Source: an uncultured Phycisphaerales bacterium
GTDB taxonomy: Bacteria; Planctomycetota; Phycisphaerae; Tepidisphaerales; Tepidisphaeraceae
Length of the DNA stretch: 64,000 nt
Assembly: GCA_963730225.1 (NCBI GenBank)
Contig: CAVSQX010000001.1
Span: 997,805-1,061,804, forward strand
Reading direction: 5' to 3'
Below are positions 59,844-64,000 of the stretch, in pieces (positions within the stretch are counted from its first letter, which is position 1; the number at the start of each line of letters is the position of its first letter). The position numbers and the translations under genes were made by a program. Below the pieces are notes generated by a model. That model was given only the letters and a program-made list of their open reading frames with translations, was not told the DNA's origin and ran no database searches.

Positions 59844-60416
59844 ATGGCGGAACTGGAAGCCCGAACAACGCCGCACGCCTCGCAGCAGCTTCGCATCGCC
59901 CAGGATTTGTTCATCCGACGCTGGGGCGAGATGGGCCAGACCTGGGGCATCAACCGCACCATGGCCGAAATCCATGCCCTGCTCTACATCTGCGCCGTGC
60001 CGCTCTGCACCGATGACGTGATGGACCGGCTGAACATCAGCCGCGGCAACGCCAGCATGAGCCTGCGGGCCCTATGCGACTGGGGTATCATTCGCCGTCT
60101 GCACAAGCGCGGCGAACGACGCGAATTTTTTGAGAGCCTCAGCGACGTCTGGGAAATGTTCAACATCATTATCACCGAGCGCAAACGCCGCGAGATGGAC
60201 CCGGTGCTGGAAACCATCCGCCAGTGCCGGCAGATGTTGGACGAATCGCATCTGGGCAAACCGGCCGCCCGCCAGCCGATCGTTCGCCTCACCCGCCAGC
60301 GCCTGGCCGGGATGGAAGAATTCATGACCGTCACCAACAAAATTTTCCAGCAGTTTGTCGGCAACGCCAAGAGCGGCCTGACGCGCGTGGCCCGGGTGCT
60401 GCTGAAGGCGTTTTGA
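59844..60416 (+). CDS. MarR/GbsR-family winged-helix transcriptional regulator
   Basis: MAEIHALLYICAVPLCTDDVMDRLNISRGNASMSLRALCDWGIIRR is a GbsR/OpcR-type wHTH. A regulatory-type C-terminal domain follows. Confidence 0.7.
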   Translation: MAELEARTTPHASQQLRIAQDLFIRRWGEMGQTWGINRTMAEIHALLYICAVPLCTDDVMDRLNISRGNASMSLRALCDWGIIRRLHKRGERREFFESLSDVWEMFNIIITERKRREMDPVLETIRQCRQMLDESHLGKPAARQPIVRLTRQRLAGMEEFMTVTNKIFQQFVGNAKSGLTRVARVLLKAF

Positions 60417-60446
60417 AAGACGGGGATGGGGATGGCAAAGAAGGGT

Positions 60447-60546
60447 GGAGGACGAGATGACAAGGCGACAAGATGACCGGGTGATAAGGTAATCGGCGCC
60501 TTCTCACCTTGTCATTCGGTCACCTTGTCACCTTGTCATCTTCTCC
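60447..60546. promoter_or_regulatory. Purine-rich / pyrimidine-rich imperfect inverted repeat with tandem CACCTTGTCA copies
   Basis: Left arm GGAGGACGAGATGACAAGG (60447..60465). Right arm CCTTGTCATCTTCTCC (60531..60546). CACCTTGTCA recurs at 60506, 60521 and 60529. The rc-half TGACAAGG is also at 60458. The element lies between the regulator stop and the sdhB-like start (60567). Confidence 0.5.
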
Positions 60547-60566
60547 CTTCTCCGTACCATCACGCC

Positions 60567-61319
60567 ATGCCAGATTCGCCGCCGATTATTCTGCGCATTC
60601 GCCGGCAGGACGAACCGAGCCATCCGCATCGATGGGAAACTTTCGCCGTCCCGGCTGCGGCGAACATGAACGTCATCTCGTGCCTCCAGTGGATCGCCGC
60701 CAATCCGTTGACCGTCGACGGCAAACCCACGACGCCGGTCGTCTACGACAGCAGCTGCCTGGAAGAAGTGTGCGGGGCCTGCACGATGTTAATCAACGGA
60801 AAAGTCCGCCAGGCCTGCTCCGCTTTGGTCGATCGCCTCGATCGGCCGATCACGCTGGAACCGATGTGCAAATTCCCTCTGGTGCGCGATCTAATGGTCG
60901 ATCGCCAACGGCTCTTTTCTGACCTTGGGCGCATCAAAGCGTGGGTGCCGATCGACGGCACCTACGATCTGGGCCCCGGGCCAGCCGTCTCCGCCGATGT
61001 TCACAAGGAACGCTATCCGCTGTCGCGCTGCATTTCCTGCGGCTGCTGCCTGGAAGCCTGCCCGCAGTACACGCCCGCCAGCCATTTCGTCGGCGCCGCC
61101 GTCATCAGCCAGGCACGGCTGTTCAACGATCATCCCACCGGAGCGGCTCTGAAAGATCAGCGACTGGAAATGCTCATGGAAGAAGGCGGGCTGGGCGATT
61201 GCGGAAAAGCGGGCAACTGCGTCGAGGTTTGTCCGAAAAAGATTCCGCTGCTGGAGAGCATCGCCATCGTGCAGCGGCAGGCGACGGTCCACGTCGTCAA
61301 AAGATTTTTCACCAAATGA
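60567..61319 (+). CDS. sdhB: Succinate dehydrogenase/fumarate reductase iron-sulfur subunit-like protein (orphan)
   Basis: Start MPDSPPIILRIRRQ. 2Fe-2S cysteines CLEEVCGACTMLINGKVRQAC, 4Fe-4S motif CISCGCCLEACP, and 3Fe-4S motif CGKAGNCVEVCP. No sdhA, sdhC or sdhD is in the window. Confidence 0.75.
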   Translation: MPDSPPIILRIRRQDEPSHPHRWETFAVPAAANMNVISCLQWIAANPLTVDGKPTTPVVYDSSCLEEVCGACTMLINGKVRQACSALVDRLDRPITLEPMCKFPLVRDLMVDRQRLFSDLGRIKAWVPIDGTYDLGPGPAVSADVHKERYPLSRCISCGCCLEACPQYTPASHFVGAAVISQARLFNDHPTGAALKDQRLEMLMEEGGLGDCGKAGNCVEVCPKKIPLLESIAIVQRQATVHVVKRFFTK

Positions 61320-61326
61320 GCCGGCC

Positions 61327-62322
61327 ATGCGTGCGATGGTTTTGCAACAGATCGCCCCAATCGAATCGTCGCCGCTACGGTTGGTAGAAATGGCCGTTCC
61401 AACGCCGGGACCAAATGAGATTCGACTCAAGGTGCGTTGCTGCGCGGTTTGCCGAACCGATCTGCACATCATCGAAGGCGATCTTCCCGCCCCGCCGCTG
61501 CCGCGAATTCCCGGACATCAAATCGTCGGCACAGTCGATGCGGTCGGGCCATCGGTCGCAGAATTCAAGCTCGGCGATCGCGTCGGTATCGCCTGGCTGC
61601 GGCACACCTGCGGCCAATGCCGATTCTGCACCACCGGCCGCGAGAACCTCTGCGAGTTCTCACAATACACCGGCTACCACGCCGACGGCGGTTACGCCGA
61701 CTTCGCGCTGGTCCCGGCGGATTTTGCCTATCCGATTCCCGAGGGTTACGACGACCTTCACGCCGCCCCGCTGCTGTGCGCCGGAATCATCGGATACCGG
61801 GCGCTGAAGCGCAGCAATCTCCAGCCCGGCGGCAAATTGGCCATCTTCGGATTTGGCTCATCCGCTCACATCGTGCTGCAAATCGCGCTGGCTCGGGGCT
61901 GCGAAGTTTATGTCGTCAGCAGATCGCCGAACCATCAGCAGATGGCCCGCGATCTGGGCGCAACCTGGGTCGGCGAAGCAGCCGCGATGCCGGCAAAAGC
62001 CACCGCGGCAATCCTGTTTGCCCCCAGCGGAAAGATTCTCATCCCCGCGCTCCAGTGCCTCGACCGCGGATCGGCGATCGCTCTGGCGGGCATTCACATG
62101 AGCCCGATCCCTTCGCTGGATTACGACCGGCTTCTCTTCAACGAGCGCGACATTCATCCCGTGACGGCCAACACGCGCGACGACGCCCGGGAATTGCTCG
62201 CCGAGGCGGCACGGGCAAAAGTCAAACCCCTGGTGCACGAATATCCACTGGCGGATGCGAATCGCGCCCTACAGGATATGAAGGCCGATCGAATCAACGG
62301 CACCGGCGTGCTGATAATGTAA
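61327..62322 (+). CDS. Zinc-dependent alcohol dehydrogenase (MDR superfamily, AdhP-like)
   Basis: Catalytic Zn motif CAVCRTDLHIIEG, structural Zn cysteines CGQCRFCTTGRENLC, and Rossmann motif IFGFGSSAHIVLQIA. Confidence 0.85.
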   Translation: MRAMVLQQIAPIESSPLRLVEMAVPTPGPNEIRLKVRCCAVCRTDLHIIEGDLPAPPLPRIPGHQIVGTVDAVGPSVAEFKLGDRVGIAWLRHTCGQCRFCTTGRENLCEFSQYTGYHADGGYADFALVPADFAYPIPEGYDDLHAAPLLCAGIIGYRALKRSNLQPGGKLAIFGFGSSAHIVLQIALARGCEVYVVSRSPNHQQMARDLGATWVGEAAAMPAKATAAILFAPSGKILIPALQCLDRGSAIALAGIHMSPIPSLDYDRLLFNERDIHPVTANTRDDARELLAEAARAKVKPLVHEYPLADANRALQDMKADRINGTGVLIM

Positions 62323-62323
62323 A

Positions 62324-63184
62324 TCATCCGTCGAATTCCCCGCTGAAAACTTCCGTCGCCGGGCCGGTCATGTAAACACAGTTGTCGCTCTCACGCCATT
62401 CCAGCGACAGATCACCGCCGGGAAGATGGGCGAGAATTTTCCGGTCGGTTCGGCCCATCAACACACCGGCCACGCAAACCGCGCATGCCCCCGTTCCGCA
62501 CGCCAGCGTGATGCCGCTGCCGCGCTCCCAGGTTCGCATCGTCAATTCGATTTTGGAATTCACCTGCACCCAATGGGCGTTGATCCGTCGTGGAAACGCC
62601 CGGAAATTTTCGATCAGCGGACCCAGATGCGGAACGTCAACGCGCGACAAATCCTCCACAAAAACGACCGCGTGCGGATTGCCCATCGAAACGAACGTTG
62701 CGTGGAAGAGCAATTCCGCTTGGCCCAACGCCCCGACGTTGAACGAATACTCATTCGGTTGCCGCCCCGCGCCGACGGCGTCGCGGATCACCGGAATCTC
62801 TTCCAGCTTCAGAATCGGCTGGCCCATGTTGACGGTCACCAACTGAACTTTTCCGGCTTCGGTGTGCAGGGCAAGCGTAAGCACGCCCGTTTGGGTTTCG
62901 ACTTTCATCGGATTGGCTTTTGACAACCCATGTTCGTAAGCATACTTCGCCACGCAGCGAATCCCGTTCCCGCACATCTCCGCTTCGCTGCCGTCGGCGT
63001 TGAACATGCGCATGCGAACATCGGCTTTTTCCGATGGCAGAATCAGAATCAACCCATCGCCGCCGACTCCAAAATGCCTATCGGAAATCTTCCGCGCGAC
63101 CGCCGCCGGATCATCGACGCGCTGCGAGAACCCATCGACGTAGACGTAATCGTTGCCGATGCCGTGCATTTTCGTGAAACGCAT
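62324..63184 (-). CDS. dapF: Diaminopimelate epimerase
   Basis: MRFTKMHGIGNDYVYVD N-terminus. Catalytic Cys motifs GNPH and CGNG (EAEMCGNGIRC; LACGTGACA). Confidence 0.9.
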   Translation of the reverse strand: MRFTKMHGIGNDYVYVDGFSQRVDDPAAVARKISDRHFGVGGDGLILILPSEKADVRMRMFNADGSEAEMCGNGIRCVAKYAYEHGLSKANPMKVETQTGVLTLALHTEAGKVQLVTVNMGQPILKLEEIPVIRDAVGAGRQPNEYSFNVGALGQAELLFHATFVSMGNPHAVVFVEDLSRVDVPHLGPLIENFRAFPRRINAHWVQVNSKIELTMRTWERGSGITLACGTGACAVCVAGVLMGRTDRKILAHLPGGDLSLEWRESDNCVYMTGPATEVFSGEFDG

Positions 63185-63238
63185 GACGGATATGATAGGC
63201 GGCGGTTGTCGCCGCAGCGAGAAGTGGGTCGAGGGCAG

Positions 63239-64000
63239 TTTACCGGGCGGCGATCACGACGCGCCGACGTCCAAGCATTCCCGCTGAAACGGCCAACAGA
63301 AAGAAGCGCGCTGGACGGCTCGGGGATCGCCGCGATGTCTTCAACCGTTACACCGACGACATTGGTTTCCAGCGAAAAGTCCCAGGCCAGGTATTCGTCG
63401 CCGGTAGCGCCGACGCCCGATGTACTGATCAGGATCTGGTACCCGCTGAACAGCCCTGCAAGCGCGCCGTTGTTGCCGGAGGCCGTGACAGCCAGTCCAT
63501 TGTTGCTGTTGTTGATGTCGCTAATGATCCGATTGATCTGGGCGGGGGTTGGCGCTTCGCCACCGACCAGCAGCTTCATAGCGTAGATTTCGGTGTCGGT
63601 CGCCGGATTCCAGCCTGTCGCTTCCACCGTATCAGTCGCATCGCCGCCGCCACCGGTATCGCCACCACCAACGTTGTTAGCGTAGCCGGGAACGTAGCTC
63701 CCGTTCGAGCCAAGGACGTTAATCCTGTTGGCCAAAGGCGCATTCGGATTGAACGTCGCCGTAGCAGAACCAGCCGTCGGTGAAGCGGCGTTGGTCAGCA
63801 GAGTGCCGAACACGGTGCCGCCGCTCGCATTCGTAAGCGCAATTATGGTATGAGGAGGAAACGGGTTAATGGTCGAGAAACCGAGAATCTCCACGCTCGT
63901 CCCCGCCAGGTAGTTGGTTGAAGTCCCGTTCGGACCAGACGTGTTGGGAACTTGAGTGCCGTTTTGCTGATTCTCATCCGGGTTGCTCTCCCACCAGTTG
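63239..64000 (-). CDS. PEP-CTERM surface protein, 3' part (the N-terminus lies beyond the window end); apparent frameshift about 63285-63295
   Basis: The open frame continues to nt 64000 with no stop upstream of the GTG listed at 63894. After ...EDIAAIPEPSS the listed frame reads through into dapF. In frame -1 it reads FFLLAVSAGMLGRRRVVIAAR*, a canonical PEP-CTERM transmembrane helix plus arginine tail ending at 63239. Confidence 0.55.

Noticed and set aside
63049-63894. PEP-CTERM ORF as listed, overlapping dapF by 136 nt
   Set aside because: After the PEP motif the listed frame lacks the hydrophobic helix and arginine tail and runs into dapF. The -1 frame gives a canonical transmembrane helix plus RRR tail and stops at 63239, so a frameshift is the better explanation. 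The ORF is also open upstream to the window end, so 63894 is not the true start.
1-64000. Mobile elements, CRISPR arrays, prophage or defence-system genes
   Set aside because: No transposase, integrase, recombinase, Cas protein, repeat-spacer array, or typical defence-system domains (nuclease/ATPase/TIR/SIR2 combinations) were found. The locus looks like core chromosome plus a carbohydrate-utilisation island.

Overview
This is a high-GC (about 62-65%) chromosomal segment with planctomycete-type hallmarks. These include DUF1559 prepilin-like proteins, PEP-CTERM anchors, dockerin repeats and passenger-associated (PATR) beta-strand repeats. I found no rRNA, tRNA, CRISPR array, transposase or integrase.

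I support about 49 protein-coding genes. From the 5' end the window holds:
- pdxH (3' part), a flippase-like gene, an S1/P1 nuclease, and a four-gene minus-strand operon of a PDZ membrane protein, an RnfD-like and an RnfC-like protein, and a xylose-isomerase-like TIM-barrel protein.
- A small polysaccharide-modification cluster (flippase, acyltransferase-3, methyltransferase) with no glycosyltransferase.
- A 950-bp non-coding gap.
- A TlpA-like thioredoxin, a ferredoxin-type sulfite/nitrite reductase with an unusual C-terminal extension, an O-methyltransferase, and an ECF sigma factor fused to a VOC/glyoxalase domain.
- A DUF4202-GH31-GH28 operon, yggS, an MFS transporter, an HDOD protein, a TrmH methyltransferase and a flotillin.
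- From about 33.7 kb to 59.7 kb, a hemicellulose/xylan-utilisation locus. It contains a LacI-family regulator, a GH10 xylanase, a cytoplasmic GH52 beta-xylosidase, a sugar ABC transporter, a BNR/Asp-box glycosidase, a XylR-type (AraC family) regulator and a GH5 enzyme. Two DUF1559 pseudopilin-like genes are translationally coupled to glycoside hydrolase genes. The locus also carries two dockerin + PEP-CTERM surface proteins (about 690 aa and about 2,200 aa) and a further PEP-CTERM protein.
- Finally a MarR/GbsR regulator, an orphan sdhB-like Fe-S subunit, a Zn-dependent alcohol dehydrogenase, dapF, and another PEP-CTERM protein running off the 3' end.

The most notable sequence-level signals are:
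- A 14-bp LacI-type palindrome (GGTAAACGWTTACC) occurs four times, each immediately downstream of a near-consensus sigma70 -35/-10 pair in front of xylan-locus transcription units.
- A roughly 39-bp element is present in inverted orientation on both sides of the XylR-type regulator gene.
- Heptamer repeat arrays flank yggS as inverted copies.
- Operator-like palindromes and a long hairpin lie around the MarR/GbsR regulator and sdhB.

At least nine genes are split by +/-1 frameshifts. One sits in an A7 homopolymer. This points to indel-type sequencing or assembly error rather than real pseudogenes, so exact CDS boundaries are approximate.
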